Shown here piece by piece: positions 36,979-46,222 of a DNA stretch of 64,000 nt. Position 1 is the stretch's first letter. The number at the start of each line of letters is the position of its first letter. The position numbers and the translations under genes were made by a program. Origin of the DNA: Shigella phage Sf23. Where the stretch lies: the sequence record MF158046. One strand, 5' to 3'. Under the pieces are notes generated by a model, which had not been told where the DNA came from, did not search any database, and worked only from the letters and a program-made list of their open reading frames with translations.

Positions 36979-37947
36979 TTATTTCAGAAGAGTAACCTCA
37001 GCAATTTCTTCCCAACCATTTTTGTCGGTCATAATAAAGTCAGCAAGATAAAGAGCAGTACGCAGTGAAACATTGCGTAAACGATTAACATTGACTTTCA
37101 TCCATGATAATGCTCTATAAGTTTCTTCATCAGAAAGACCACGCTTTTGCATCATGTCGGTTGAAAGAATAACATCTTCAACCCTGACCATAATTTCTTC
37201 ATTAGTGTGAACACCCAAATCTAAATAAACTGAGCGGGAAACTAATGCTTGTAAATGTGGAGCAAGTTTAGTACCACGGTCTAATTCGCGGTCAATGTCA
37301 ACGTTTGTGATAAAAACAATCGTTCCTTTAAATTCAAACTCACGCTCAATGCCTTTTTCTTCTAAGTAAGAAGATGCAGTGCTCCAGCAGACTTTACGGG
37401 TCTCTCCAGTGTCCAGAGCAGCTTTCAGAAGATTAAGAATGTCCATATCAGAGAAAACATCCACATCATCAATCAAAAGGACAGAATTCTCTTCACGATT
37501 ATTCCAAAGCTGCTCATAAAGACCAATACCAGAGATTTTACCATTAATGCTTTTATACTCAATGTATCCAATATCATTTGCTTTATTTAAAGCTTTATCT
37601 AAAGAATACGTTTTACCAATACCTGCTGCTCCCGAGATAATTAATGAACGAATGTTTCCGTTAATAATACCATTCGTCATCATTCCCATAACATTAAATC
37701 TTTTATTAATGCGGGTTTTCATATCTTCATACGATTCTTTAACTTCTTCAACTTTTACACCATCATATGAAATGTCTGATTTGTAAACCCAAACACCGCG
37801 ACGCTTACCGTCAATTTCAACAAAAACTTTACCATCTCCTTGTGCATCTACCGGAGCATTATCTGGGAACCATTCACCTAAGAGCTCAAAAGTTCCAGAG
37901 ATTTCTTTACCGAAGTAGATACCCTTATTGATAGTTACAGTTTTCAT
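36979..37947 (-). CDS. AAA+/P-loop ATPase (322 aa from first ATG)
   Basis: Walker A GAAGIGKT, Walker B LLIDDVD; early promoter upstream; track start 37959 is a TTG. Confidence 0.6.
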   Translation of the reverse strand: MKTVTINKGIYFGKEISGTFELLGEWFPDNAPVDAQGDGKVFVEIDGKRRGVWVYKSDISYDGVKVEEVKESYEDMKTRINKRFNVMGMMTNGIINGNIRSLIISGAAGIGKTYSLDKALNKANDIGYIEYKSINGKISGIGLYEQLWNNREENSVLLIDDVDVFSDMDILNLLKAALDTGETRKVCWSTASSYLEEKGIEREFEFKGTIVFITNVDIDRELDRGTKLAPHLQALVSRSVYLDLGVHTNEEIMVRVEDVILSTDMMQKRGLSDEETYRALSWMKVNVNRLRNVSLRTALYLADFIMTDKNGWEEIAEVTLLK

Positions 37948-37974
37948 TTTATTCTCCAAATCCGTATCAGTTGA

Positions 37975-38015
37975 TAGTTGTATAGTACCATAAAGCTTTA
38001 TGCTTGTAAACCGTT
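37975..38015 (-). promoter_or_regulatory. early-type promoter, conserved extended family
   Basis: Same consensus (GTTGATAGTTGTATAGTACCA...GTAAACCGTTTTGTGAAAAATTTTT on plus); follows a terminator hairpin. Confidence 0.55.
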
Positions 38016-38025
38016 TTGTGAAAAA

Positions 38026-38050
38026 TTTTTGAAATAAAAAAGGGAGCCCG
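38026..38050 (-). terminator. rho-independent terminator
   Basis: GGGAGCCTTCGGGCTCCC followed by TTTTTT on the minus strand. Confidence 0.7.
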
Positions 38051-38061
38051 AAGGCTCCCTA

Positions 38062-39075
38062 TCATTTATAATAACTTCGGTGGTTTTCAAGATAGACCTT
38101 CTCAAGGAAGTCATCCCAGAAACCCATGTCTACTTTTTGCTGCATACCGTTCTTAGAAGCTTCAGTAGATGCTGCTTCTACTTGATCGACCACATCTTCC
38201 AAAAACTCTTGAACTGTTTTAAATGGATGTTTACCCAACTTCACGTCGAGAATAAATGGAGCATCTTGGAGTGGATAAACCAAGTCACCAGTTTTGTAAA
38301 TTTCCAATAGTTGGAGTCCACCACGACAAGCATGACTCAGAGCTTTCCAGTCAATGCCTTCATTAGCTTCGGCTTTACGAGCACGTTCACCATATTCAGC
38401 ATCTAATTTATTCAGTGACTGCTTAAGCTCAATAAGAGAAAGTGTTGTCTGATATTTACGACCCAACACAGTGTAGAACGTTTGCGGGCCTGTTTTCTCG
38501 TGATTATGGAACACCCATTCACAGAATTCGTTTTCTGGAAGACGATGCTTAATATCTTCAACTTTAGTACGACGTTGCTTAATGGAACCGTCTTCTTGAT
38601 AATCAACCCACTGATCGGGGATTTGATTAACTACTTTCAATACATCGCGTAATGCAGCCAAACGAGAACCTTTAACACCATATTTAGAGGCTTGTTTACG
38701 AACATATCCTAAATAGGATTTCATGTTAGTCGTATAAAAACGAGAACGGTTGTCTTGAATAAACTTCCACACATCAGGCAAATCAGATTTAACCACCAGT
38801 TCAGGCGGAGTGTGAAGCATATCCAATGCTACAGTTTCACCATCTGCTGCTAATTTAAAGAAATATTTAAGACTGTATAGTTCATGGTCAATATCATCTT
38901 TAGTGTTTTTAGATGATGTGTTGTTGGTGTTTTTACTCATGTGCTCTTTGACATTTCCGATAAGAATATCGCGAGCAGGAGGAACAAAGATTTCTTTAAA
39001 ATCTACATCAGATTCTGGAGTAGAAGTTCCATAAAGATGACTACCAAAATAACTTTTCATTACTGTTTTCATCAT
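38062..39075 (-). CDS. predicted nucleotidyltransferase-fold protein (337 aa)
   Basis: N-terminal GSHLYGTSTPESDVDF fits the pol-beta-like NTase signature G[SG]...D.D; remainder helical. Confidence 0.5.
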   Translation of the reverse strand: MMKTVMKSYFGSHLYGTSTPESDVDFKEIFVPPARDILIGNVKEHMSKNTNNTSSKNTKDDIDHELYSLKYFFKLAADGETVALDMLHTPPELVVKSDLPDVWKFIQDNRSRFYTTNMKSYLGYVRKQASKYGVKGSRLAALRDVLKVVNQIPDQWVDYQEDGSIKQRRTKVEDIKHRLPENEFCEWVFHNHEKTGPQTFYTVLGRKYQTTLSLIELKQSLNKLDAEYGERARKAEANEGIDWKALSHACRGGLQLLEIYKTGDLVYPLQDAPFILDVKLGKHPFKTVQEFLEDVVDQVEAASTEASKNGMQQKVDMGFWDDFLEKVYLENHRSYYK

Positions 39076-39533
39076 TCAGCCTTATATTCAATAACAGGAC
39101 ATACTTTAGCTTTACGAGCTTTTAAAAATTCAACGATAATCGATTTCTTGGGTTGAATAGGAGGTAAACCTTTATACGCCCTATCAATATTTTCTACGTG
39201 TAAAGCATAATCCTTTTTCCATTTATAATCTTTATATTTTTCACGCAAATGTGCAGGAATAACAAATGAACCGATAATAAGTAAAACAACCAAAAGCGCA
39301 AGTATAAATGATGATGGAAGCAAAGTCCATAAACTGCCAAAAATAAACCAACGCTGTAGGCTTTCTGCACAAATAATTGTTAGTCCTACGAGTATAGCAC
39401 ATCCAAAAATAGAAACGAAAAATGTAGGAATAACAATAGACCAAAAATACGCGCATAGTGTCTTAGGTCGTTGCCATTCATCGTTAAACAATTTGAATAA
39501 TTTATAGTGCCAAGAGTTTTCATTAATAATCAT
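39072..39533 (-). CDS. membrane protein (153 aa)
   Basis: Multiple TM helices; stop overlaps the NTase-fold ORF start. Confidence 0.5.
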   Translation of the reverse strand: MIINENSWHYKLFKLFNDEWQRPKTLCAYFWSIVIPTFFVSIFGCAILVGLTIICAESLQRWFIFGSLWTLLPSSFILALLVVLLIIGSFVIPAHLREKYKDYKWKKDYALHVENIDRAYKGLPPIQPKKSIIVEFLKARKAKVCPVIEYKAE

Positions 39534-39535
39534 AA

Positions 39536-40057
39536 TTATCCTTTCATTGAAGGCGTAACGGTTGTTAAATACTTAATCATAGCTTCAGCTTCTGATTTTG
39601 ATAATGAAATTTCTTCATTGTTTTGACGAATAGAAATAAAATCCGGATGACGGTCACCACCAGCTTTTAAAACACACATATAAGTATCAACTTCGCCTTC
39701 AATATTTGAAATGATTGAAGCAGTTCCGCATGAATGTGGTTTTTGATAAATCAATACAGCTTTTCTTCCACCGTTTGACTGTTCATAGGCTTTTAATACA
39801 TCAAGCAAATCAGTTCTTTTATCAATAGCTAAAATGTTATTTTCATCTTCAATGTTAAATCCTTCGGATACTTCATAAAGTGTTACCCATAAATCACCGA
39901 TGTCAATAACAGCATTTACTTTTCCACGACTTTCAAGAGTATGACAAATTTTCTTGATTTCGTCATAACTCATTTTAATAATATCATCTCCTTGACTAAG
40001 GAAGATGTCATTTTTAAATTCAACACGAATTAAACCGCTTCCACTTGAAATAAACAT
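39536..40057 (-). CDS. hypothetical protein, paralog pair member (173 aa)
   Basis: Shares SIRQ and C-terminal KYLTTVTPSM motifs with ORF 40064..40618. Confidence 0.5.
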   Translation of the reverse strand: MFISSGSGLIRVEFKNDIFLSQGDDIIKMSYDEIKKICHTLESRGKVNAVIDIGDLWVTLYEVSEGFNIEDENNILAIDKRTDLLDVLKAYEQSNGGRKAVLIYQKPHSCGTASIISNIEGEVDTYMCVLKAGGDRHPDFISIRQNNEEISLSKSEAEAMIKYLTTVTPSMKG

Positions 40058-40063
40058 ATTTCC

Positions 40064-40618
40064 TCACTTTGAAATCATAGTTGGAATAACAGAATCAAGA
40101 TAAGTCTTTAGTGCAATAGCTTCGTCTTTGGTAAATGTGACAATATGTGATCGAAAATCGGCAATTTGACGAATAGATACTATATCTCCCTCTTCATAGC
40201 ATTTTGAAACATTTAAAATAGTTTCATCATTCTGATTACAGGAGTTAGTAATAATAGCATTACATTTTTTAAACCATTTTAAATTATGTTTTCTTTTAGT
40301 AGAATCATAAAAATATTTAATGTTAGTTATAAAATTATCCCAATTATTAATTGATAAGCACATTGACTCGCTTTTAATATTAAATCCTGGACATGAAGAA
40401 TAAAAATGAATTTTATGCTCATCATTAATGCTTACAATTTTATCAGTGTAAGCATATTCAATTTGGGTTAAACGAACAATTTCACTAGGCGTAAAATATA
40501 ACATATCATCTTCTTGCGTCAAACGATACATGTTATTTACTTTTTCGATCGCTAATTCACCAAAAAGCACACTATCTTCTAATACTAATCGTTTCATATT
40601 AATCCTTTTTATTGGCAC
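40064..40618 (-). CDS. hypothetical protein, paralog pair member (184 aa)
   Basis: Shares motifs (SIRQ..., TYLDSVIPTM) with ORF 39536..40057. Confidence 0.5.
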   Translation of the reverse strand: MPIKRINMKRLVLEDSVLFGELAIEKVNNMYRLTQEDDMLYFTPSEIVRLTQIEYAYTDKIVSINDEHKIHFYSSCPGFNIKSESMCLSINNWDNFITNIKYFYDSTKRKHNLKWFKKCNAIITNSCNQNDETILNVSKCYEEGDIVSIRQIADFRSHIVTFTKDEAIALKTYLDSVIPTMISK

Positions 40619-40877
40619 GAATTTGTTCTAAAATTTTAGAGTATTCCTTTGTATCAGATTTACGTACAATCGATACACTATACGGCATACTATCGGTGTC
40701 TTTTATAAAGCGTTCCAAATGACACTCTAATAAAATTTCTGGATTATAAATCGTGTACATCAAATTACCTGTTGCTCCACGATATTGACAGATTTCTACT
40801 GATTGAACATCATTCCATAATTTTGTTAAGACCAAATCACCTACTTCTAATTTAGGAAAGCCCATGTTATTCACCAA
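40599..40877 (-). CDS. hypothetical protein (92 aa)
   Basis: ORF coupled to neighbours. Confidence 0.45.
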   Translation of the reverse strand: MVNNMGFPKLEVGDLVLTKLWNDVQSVEICQYRGATGNLMYTIYNPEILLECHLERFIKDTDSMPYSVSIVRKSDTKEYSKILEQIRANKKD

Positions 40878-41052
40878 TTAAAGTTTCAATATAAGAATCA
40901 AGATTTACTTTAGCTTCTTCCATAAGAGTTTTGTATTTAATCTTGTTGGCATGTCCGGAGAAAGCTGATTCATCAATAATTGTTGATGTATGAACAGCTT
41001 TACTATACGTCTCAATTAATTCTCTTAATTTAAAAGCCTGCTCACTTGTCAT
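40867..41052 (-). CDS. hypothetical protein (61 aa)
   Basis: Small ORF. Confidence 0.4.
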   Translation of the reverse strand: MTSEQAFKLRELIETYSKAVHTSTIIDESAFSGHANKIKYKTLMEEAKVNLDSYIETLIGE

Positions 41053-41216
41053 TACATACTCCTTTGAATAATATCAATAATGTTGTTCACCAAATTATAA
41101 GTAAACATTGGGTAATTATATTGAATCATCACATACACAACAAACAAAACTTTCATTCTCTTCTCCTTGACAGTTGGCAAGATTACTATACCATAACCTT
41201 GCCAACTTGTAAACCA

Positions 41217-41390
41217 TTAAATGACGTTTTCGATAAAATTCTGAAGCTTTGTATGAGCATCAACCATGATTTTCAATTCTTCTTTAGCGAAAACTGTGCC
41301 TCTTTCACGAGAAGAGCATTCATAGTCAGAAACTGCATTAGCATATTCTTCAATTAGTTTCATTAAAAACATCTGCTTTTCAGTTTTCAT
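41217..41390 (-). CDS. small hypothetical protein (57 aa)
   Basis: Hand-translated ORF MKTEKQMFLMKLIEEYANAV...; ATG overlaps stop of the upstream ORF; below track cut-off. Confidence 0.35.
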   Translation of the reverse strand: MKTEKQMFLMKLIEEYANAVSDYECSSRERGTVFAKEELKIMVDAHTKLQNFIENVI

Positions 41391-41574
41391 TATTCCACCT
41401 AATCATTTCAAGATATTGAACTAACTTAGCTTTAGATTTATCCAAATCCTTTTTAGCTGTTTCTATACCGTCGTATGAATATCCTTCACAATGCTCAACT
41501 GCTAATTGATATGAATCTATTTCAATATCACGTGCTAATTTAATGATTTTTTCAAACTGTTCATGTGTTAGCAT
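41380..41574 (-). CDS. hypothetical protein (64 aa)
   Basis: Small ORF. Confidence 0.4.
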   Translation of the reverse strand: MLTHEQFEKIIKLARDIEIDSYQLAVEHCEGYSYDGIETAKKDLDKSKAKLVQYLEMIRWNNEN

Positions 41575-41576
41575 AC

Positions 41577-41816
41577 TTAAACTCTCGTATTATGATCGAT
41601 AATTTCATCAAGAAACATATCTAACGCTTCTAAAGCATTATCAACTTTAGTTTCAAAGTCTTTAATGCCTTTATTCGAAATACCCGATGAATACCAAGCA
41701 AAGTCAATCAGCTCTTCATCTGCTTTACGAATTGAAGCCACTAATTCCTTGATTTTATCTGCTTGCTCTATACTAATCATTATTCCACCACATATGACAG
41801 AGAGAATATTGCACAC
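41577..41816 (-). CDS. hypothetical protein (79 aa)
   Basis: ORF. Confidence 0.45.
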   Translation of the reverse strand: MCNILSVICGGIMISIEQADKIKELVASIRKADEELIDFAWYSSGISNKGIKDFETKVDNALEALDMFLDEIIDHNTRV

Positions 41817-41968
41817 GCCATGTGAGTTGCAACTTCATCACACATATTATAACGTTTCTTAAGAAATTCTACAAGTTCTTCACTAGTAACTTCATCCATG
41901 TCGACGAAAAAATCACCATTAATGATGACGTAGATATTTCCTTCTTGATTAAGTGCTTCAATTTTCAT
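41780..41968 (-). CDS. hypothetical protein (62 aa from first ATG)
   Basis: Track ORF start 42013 reads through the early promoter (TIQLS artefact); true start taken as [10 protein letters not shown]. Confidence 0.4.
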   Translation of the reverse strand: MKIEALNQEGNIYVIINGDFFVDMDEVTSEELVEFLKKRYNMCDEVATHMACAIFSLSYVVE

Positions 41969-41984
41969 GATGTTCTCCTCTTTA

Positions 41985-42030
41985 TCCGATAGTTGTATAG
42001 TATCACAGCTCAAACGGAAAGTAAACCGGT
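41985..42030 (-). promoter_or_regulatory. early-type promoter
   Basis: Consensus variant GATAGTTGTATAGTATCAC...GTAAACC; follows terminator 42035..42058. Confidence 0.55.
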
Positions 42031-42034
42031 AAAA

Positions 42035-42058
42035 TGAAAAAAGTCTCCCGAAGGAGAC
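42035..42058 (-). terminator. rho-independent terminator
   Basis: GTCTCCTTCGGGAGAC followed by a T run on the minus strand. Confidence 0.65.
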
Positions 42059-42063
42059 TAATG

Positions 42064-42450
42064 TTATTCGAGGGAAAGAAGATACTTACTCTGGTAAAAC
42101 ATTCCAGTAATATCATCTATCGTGCTTTGAATGGCTGGAGGCATTTCTTTATAAATGCTGTTAGATTGGTCTAGTATGCGATCAATCATTTTAATTGTGT
42201 CGGTAGGAAGTTTACTGGCATCTGGAATTGAAGGCGTGTATTTTCTACCAGAATACCCCAAATATTGCTCACCAAATTTATCAATCAAATCTGGCAATTC
42301 GGAGAAAATAAAATCGTATGCTTTGTGTCTAGCATAACTTTTAGTTTCAAAATGCGCAGAATGAAAATAAGCTTGTGCAGCCATTAATAAACCTAAGTAT
42401 TCATCTGCCTTTGAAGGTTTTCCACTTTGTGAAAAGTCGCTGAATTTCAT
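42064..42450 (-). CDS. hypothetical protein (rI.-1 position, 128 aa)
   Basis: ORF immediately downstream of rI. Confidence 0.5.
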   Translation of the reverse strand: MKFSDFSQSGKPSKADEYLGLLMAAQAYFHSAHFETKSYARHKAYDFIFSELPDLIDKFGEQYLGYSGRKYTPSIPDASKLPTDTIKMIDRILDQSNSIYKEMPPAIQSTIDDITGMFYQSKYLLSLE

Positions 42451-42740
42451 TCAGTCTCCAATTTAATGTTCATAATTCTAGCGTATGATTGTGCCATCTC
42501 CGCGCCTCGTTCTATACATTCAAAATCAGAAGAGCACGGGTCATTTTTATAGGTCGTTCTCATAAAACTATAGAACTGTTCAGATGATTCTACGCTTTTA
42601 TTTTCAAAAAGCATATAAACATGTCTAATACCAGATTCCATAAATTTATCAAAATGAGGATCGACATTCGCTTCAATTGGTGGAGATAAAGCAAATGACA
42701 ATCCTAGCATGGCAAATAGTGCCGTTGCTTTTAAGGCCAT
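42447..42740 (-). CDS. rI: lysis inhibition regulator RI (antiholin)
   Basis: 97 aa with N-terminal signal-anchor MALKATALFAMLGLSFALS; matches recalled T4 RI; position next to tk. Confidence 0.85.
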   Translation of the reverse strand: MALKATALFAMLGLSFALSPPIEANVDPHFDKFMESGIRHVYMLFENKSVESSEQFYSFMRTTYKNDPCSSDFECIERGAEMAQSYARIMNIKLETE

Positions 42741-42752
42741 AAAGGCCTCCTA

Positions 42753-42965
42753 TCATTTTTGTCCTGTATTTACTTTATGCCGATGCACGGCCTTAACTTT
42801 ATCAAGGTATTTTTCAAAATTTCGCAATCTAGTATAGTCTGCCGGAGATTGGTTGAGTGATACTTCTCGACGCAAAGCTGAAATGATATTTCCAACTTCC
42901 CTACGAATTTCATCTAATTGAAGCACAGTAAGATTGCGAAGTTGCTTTTCAGTTAATTGTAGCAT
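42753..42965 (-). CDS. hypothetical protein (rI.1 position, 70 aa)
   Basis: ORF between tk and rI. Confidence 0.45.
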
Positions 42966-43007
42966 ATATACCCCTTTAGTTAGATAAACCTATTTATAAC
43001 TTTTGCA

Positions 43008-43589
43008 CTAACCGAGCTTTTTAGTTAATTCGTTCCAGTGTTTTCTACACAAAGAAACATAAATTTCATCACCAATACAGATTTGATTACCTTCTTTAAC
43101 TGGTGTTCCATCTTCCATTAATCGAGCTGTCATAATCGCTTTTTTGCCGCAATGACAAACTGCCTTTAGTTCAATAAGTTTATCTGCAATCGCCAAAAGT
43201 TCTTTAGAACCTTCAAACAATTTTCCAGCGAAATCAGTCCTTAATCCATAAGCCATAACAGGAACATTATATGTATCAACAATTCGGCTTAATTGGTGCA
43301 CCTGTTCAGTTTTTAAAAACTGAGCTTCATCTACAAATACGCAATGAATATCTTTTTGTGCTTCAGCCCATTTATAGAACTCGAAAATATCCATATCATC
43401 TGTAATAATATTCGCTTCCTGTTTAATTCCAATGCGAGAAACAACTTCACAGACAGAATCGCGAGTATCAATAGCAGGCTTAAGAACTAATACACTCATT
43501 CCACGTTCTTTATAATTATGTGCAGCAGTCAAAAGAGAAGCAGATTTTCCAGCATTCATTGCTGCATAAGTAAAAATTAAACTCGCCAT
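43008..43589 (-). CDS. tk: thymidine kinase
   Basis: 193 aa as in T4 Tk; P-loop AAMNAGKS, zinc ribbon CHCG...C. Confidence 0.95.
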   Translation of the reverse strand: MASLIFTYAAMNAGKSASLLTAAHNYKERGMSVLVLKPAIDTRDSVCEVVSRIGIKQEANIITDDMDIFEFYKWAEAQKDIHCVFVDEAQFLKTEQVHQLSRIVDTYNVPVMAYGLRTDFAGKLFEGSKELLAIADKLIELKAVCHCGKKAIMTARLMEDGTPVKEGNQICIGDEIYVSLCRKHWNELTKKLG

Positions 43590-43598
43590 ATCACCTTC

Positions 43599-43784
43599 TT
43601 AAAGCGTATTCACATAAGCTATTAATTCATTTTCTTTCTTATCAAACCGATCAGCAAATTCTTCCTGCTGTTCGGGAGATAGCGGGCCGTATTCATCATA
43701 AAAGGTGTTTGCTTCTGTATGCTCATCTAGAAGTTCATGGATAAGCTCAAACAATTTATCTTTTTGTTCTTTACTCAGACTCAT
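43599..43784 (-). CDS. hypothetical acidic protein (tk.1 position, 61 aa)
   Basis: Small ORF upstream of tk. Confidence 0.45.
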   Translation of the reverse strand: MSLSKEQKDKLFELIHELLDEHTEANTFYDEYGPLSPEQQEEFADRFDKKENELIAYVNTL

Positions 43785-43955
43785 ATATTAATTTCCAGAA
43801 GTTTTAAAATAATTCGCTTTTGCTTAAATATTTCCATAGTTAAATGACCAGTATCTTTTTGACCGATTCCAATAGCAAAACCTTTATTAACAGCGAGTTC
43901 AATTAAATTATCAAGCTCACGTAACACTTCGTATTGTAACTCAAAACTATTCATT
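43781..43955 (-). CDS. small hypothetical protein (57 aa)
   Basis: Hand-translated ORF MNSFELQYEVLRELDNLIELAVNKGF...; stop overlaps tk.1 ATG (ATATGA). Confidence 0.35.
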
Positions 43956-44178
43956 TTGGTTTACCTTCTTTAACGAAATCTGGATAAGGATAAAATCCCG
44001 AATAAAATCCTTCACCTTTATGATTGATACATCCTTTATTAGAACAATAGCACCAATAATCGAAATCACAAGCCATTTCATCATTACATAAAGCAAAAAC
44101 AACCGGCCATTTACACTTTTCACAATGAGCATTTTTAAGAATACTAGTTTGGCTCATAACCATGTCACCTTTAAGCAA
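43951..44178 (-). CDS. Cys-rich small protein (75 aa), probable zinc binding
   Basis: Eleven Cys including CEKCKW, CNDEMACDFDYWCYCSNKGC. Confidence 0.45.
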   Translation of the reverse strand: MLKGDMVMSQTSILKNAHCEKCKWPVVFALCNDEMACDFDYWCYCSNKGCINHKGEGFYSGFYPYPDFVKEGKPK

Positions 44179-44366
44179 TATTCTTCTACGTGCTGTTTAC
44201 GACCTTTCTTATCAATAAAGGTATATTCAACGAATGTTCCAATGTAGTCTTTATCTACATCATGTGGACTATTAATTGGACATTTAGTACGGCAAATGCG
44301 TTCCCATTGACGAATAATTACTGCTTTGTTTTTAGGATCAAACGGATGCGGGTAATGTACTTTCAT
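44154..44366 (-). CDS. hypothetical protein (70 aa)
   Basis: ORF. Confidence 0.45.
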   Translation of the reverse strand: MKVHYPHPFDPKNKAVIIRQWERICRTKCPINSPHDVDKDYIGTFVEYTFIDKKGRKQHVEEYCLKVTWL

Positions 44367-44817
44367 AATCCACCACTATTAAATCAATATCAGGAGTAAA
44401 CATGTCGATTAATTTAGAAACCTTATCCCAATCACCGCCAGCAATACCACAACCTATGCGTGGAATGTAAATTACTGGTTTAAACAAAAGGGTTTCTGCC
44501 TGTAGATTTAATTCTATCATGCAGTTTACTAAAGCACCATAATCAAGATTAGGACCCGGTTCGTATTGCGTATACAGGTTATAGCATATACCAAATCCCG
44601 TAGGACTATGTTTAAAAACAATAGACATATCGCCTAATTTATCACGAGAACCGTACTCGGTAGTAGTTTTATCTATTTCTAAAATTTTGGGATAGGCTCT
44701 TGCTAATTGACCTGCTACGCCAGAGCCCATTGTATGAAAACAGTTGCACCCGTGTGCAATAATATTACCTTGAAGAAATAGGGCGACAATATCGCCCTTG
44801 ATATATTTTACAATCAT
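44338..44817 (-). CDS. macro domain protein (ADP-ribose binding/hydrolase fold)
   Basis: 159 aa; motif HGCNCFHTMGSGVAGQL and later GCGIAGG resemble macro-domain ADP-ribose pocket signatures. Confidence 0.6.
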   Translation of the reverse strand: MIVKYIKGDIVALFLQGNIIAHGCNCFHTMGSGVAGQLARAYPKILEIDKTTTEYGSRDKLGDMSIVFKHSPTGFGICYNLYTQYEPGPNLDYGALVNCMIELNLQAETLLFKPVIYIPRIGCGIAGGDWDKVSKLIDMFTPDIDLIVVDYESTLPASV

Positions 44818-45155
44818 CTAGTACTCAATCCTCGATTATAAGAATCTACCAAACGGTCAACCATTGAATGACAAGCGGCTTTATCTTTCTCCTCCGCAAC
44901 TGAACATTCTAAGGTATTCCACTTTTTAGCATATCGTTTTAACAATGTATCATTTTTATATCTGCTTGATTTATCTCTTTCTCCGTCTTTATATGCATAT
45001 ATTAATTTCTGCGCAAATTCAGCTTGGCATGCTTTATTTTTCCCACAATAATCCGCGGCAGTACGGTTTACATACTCTCTAATTTCAGTATATGATGTAT
45101 CTGCTAACGCAGAAAATGAAATTAATCCTATACATAAAACCAAAATTTTAGTCAT
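44814..45155 (-). CDS. secreted/periplasmic protein with signal peptide (113 aa)
   Basis: Signal peptide MTKILVLCIGLISFSALA; four Cys. Confidence 0.5.
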   Translation of the reverse strand: MTKILVLCIGLISFSALADTSYTEIREYVNRTAADYCGKNKACQAEFAQKLIYAYKDGERDKSSRYKNDTLLKRYAKKWNTLECSVAEEKDKAACHSMVDRLVDSYNRGLSTR

Positions 45156-45693
45156 TTACTATTTCCAAAAGTTTATTATTTTTAAGGTAATTAGCCTTTT
45201 CTAGGACTTCAGAAGCATATTTAGAACCTGCTTTAACATTCCATCCCGAATTATAAGAGGATATTGCTTTTCTTATATCGCCCTTATGTATATTTAACCA
45301 ATAAGAAAGTTCAATGTACGCCCAGGAAGCTGAATTGGACCGTTTATTCAACATTCTTTTTATTTCAGCATCGGTCATATTATAACCAAGTTCCTTAACT
45401 CTTGCTCGCATAGTAGGCAAATAATTTTGGAACATTCCGTAGGCGTGATGCTTTGGTTTAGATTTTAAATTAACTCCGCCAGAGCTTTCTTGCCATAAAA
45501 TAGCAGCCATTATATGACCTAATCCGCTCTTGTGGATATTTTTATGTGTTTTATATTTTCCATCCTTAGAAAATTGTTCCCCGAATTGATACGCGTAACG
45601 CATGTTATCGAGTTGGACATTACTGAAAGTATGCTCGGAGCTATGTGCCATCATAGAAATGGCCAATAGACCAGCGAGTAGTGCTTTTCTCAT
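45148..45693 (-). CDS. periplasmic lytic-transglycosylase-like protein (181 aa)
   Basis: Signal peptide MRKALLAGLLAISMMAHS; WQESSG and SYNSGW motifs resemble SLT-domain. Confidence 0.55.
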   Translation of the reverse strand: MRKALLAGLLAISMMAHSSEHTFSNVQLDNMRYAYQFGEQFSKDGKYKTHKNIHKSGLGHIMAAILWQESSGGVNLKSKPKHHAYGMFQNYLPTMRARVKELGYNMTDAEIKRMLNKRSNSASWAYIELSYWLNIHKGDIRKAISSYNSGWNVKAGSKYASEVLEKANYLKNNKLLEIVND

Positions 45694-45700
45694 GCTTACC

Positions 45701-46162
45701 TCATTGAGTTTTAATTACTGCTTTAGAAGCCTTTCCTGGTAAACGACGACTGTTGATAATTGCCATCCTGCACTGAAGTGACGGGTCTTTGAACTTCTCG
45801 TTAGGTTTACAAACTGTAAATCCAAGCCAAAGATTTCCATCTGTGATTTCTAAACGCCCAGGACGATATTCAACCCCATCAATAAAATCCTCATCAATAT
45901 CAGGGCGTGGAGGCATACTCAGGAATTCATTAACTTCTAAAACATGGTCTTTTATTTTATGGAATAATTCAAAAACATATGTCTCATCAATCTCCCGTTG
46001 AATTGCACGATCAAGAAGATGCTGAGAATATTTTAGATGAAACGATGAGACCCCTGCTGCTTTTGATGCCTCACGAATCTCATTGTTAATTTGACGAAAC
46101 TCCGACTCAAAGTGACGACGGAGCTTATTTCGACGGATAAAAACTTCTGTATTGATAGTCAT
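45701..46162 (-). CDS. regB: RegB site-specific endoribonuclease
   Basis: 153 aa as in T4; strong early promoter directly upstream. Confidence 0.88.
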   Translation of the reverse strand: MTINTEVFIRRNKLRRHFESEFRQINNEIREASKAAGVSSFHLKYSQHLLDRAIQREIDETYVFELFHKIKDHVLEVNEFLSMPPRPDIDEDFIDGVEYRPGRLEITDGNLWLGFTVCKPNEKFKDPSLQCRMAIINSRRLPGKASKAVIKTQ

Positions 46163-46184
46163 GTTATTCTCCTCTTAACTGATA

Positions 46185-46222
46185 GAAAAATTATACCACA
46201 GTCAAGAGGAAAAGTAAACAGT
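46185..46222 (-). promoter_or_regulatory. early promoter upstream of regB
   Basis: GTTTAC (rc 46214..46219) and TATAAT (rc 46190..46195). Confidence 0.6.

Noticed and set aside
37990-38005. Plus-strand TTTATGCTTGTA resembling a MotA box
   Set aside because: There is no plus-strand gene downstream; the match lies within the spacer of a minus-strand early promoter and is probably coincidental.
44814-45155. Assignment of the 113-aa ORF as Vs (valyl-tRNA synthetase modifier) on the basis of size and position
   Set aside because: The protein has a clear N-terminal signal peptide, which is hard to reconcile with a cytoplasmic synthetase-binding factor; left as an unnamed secreted protein.
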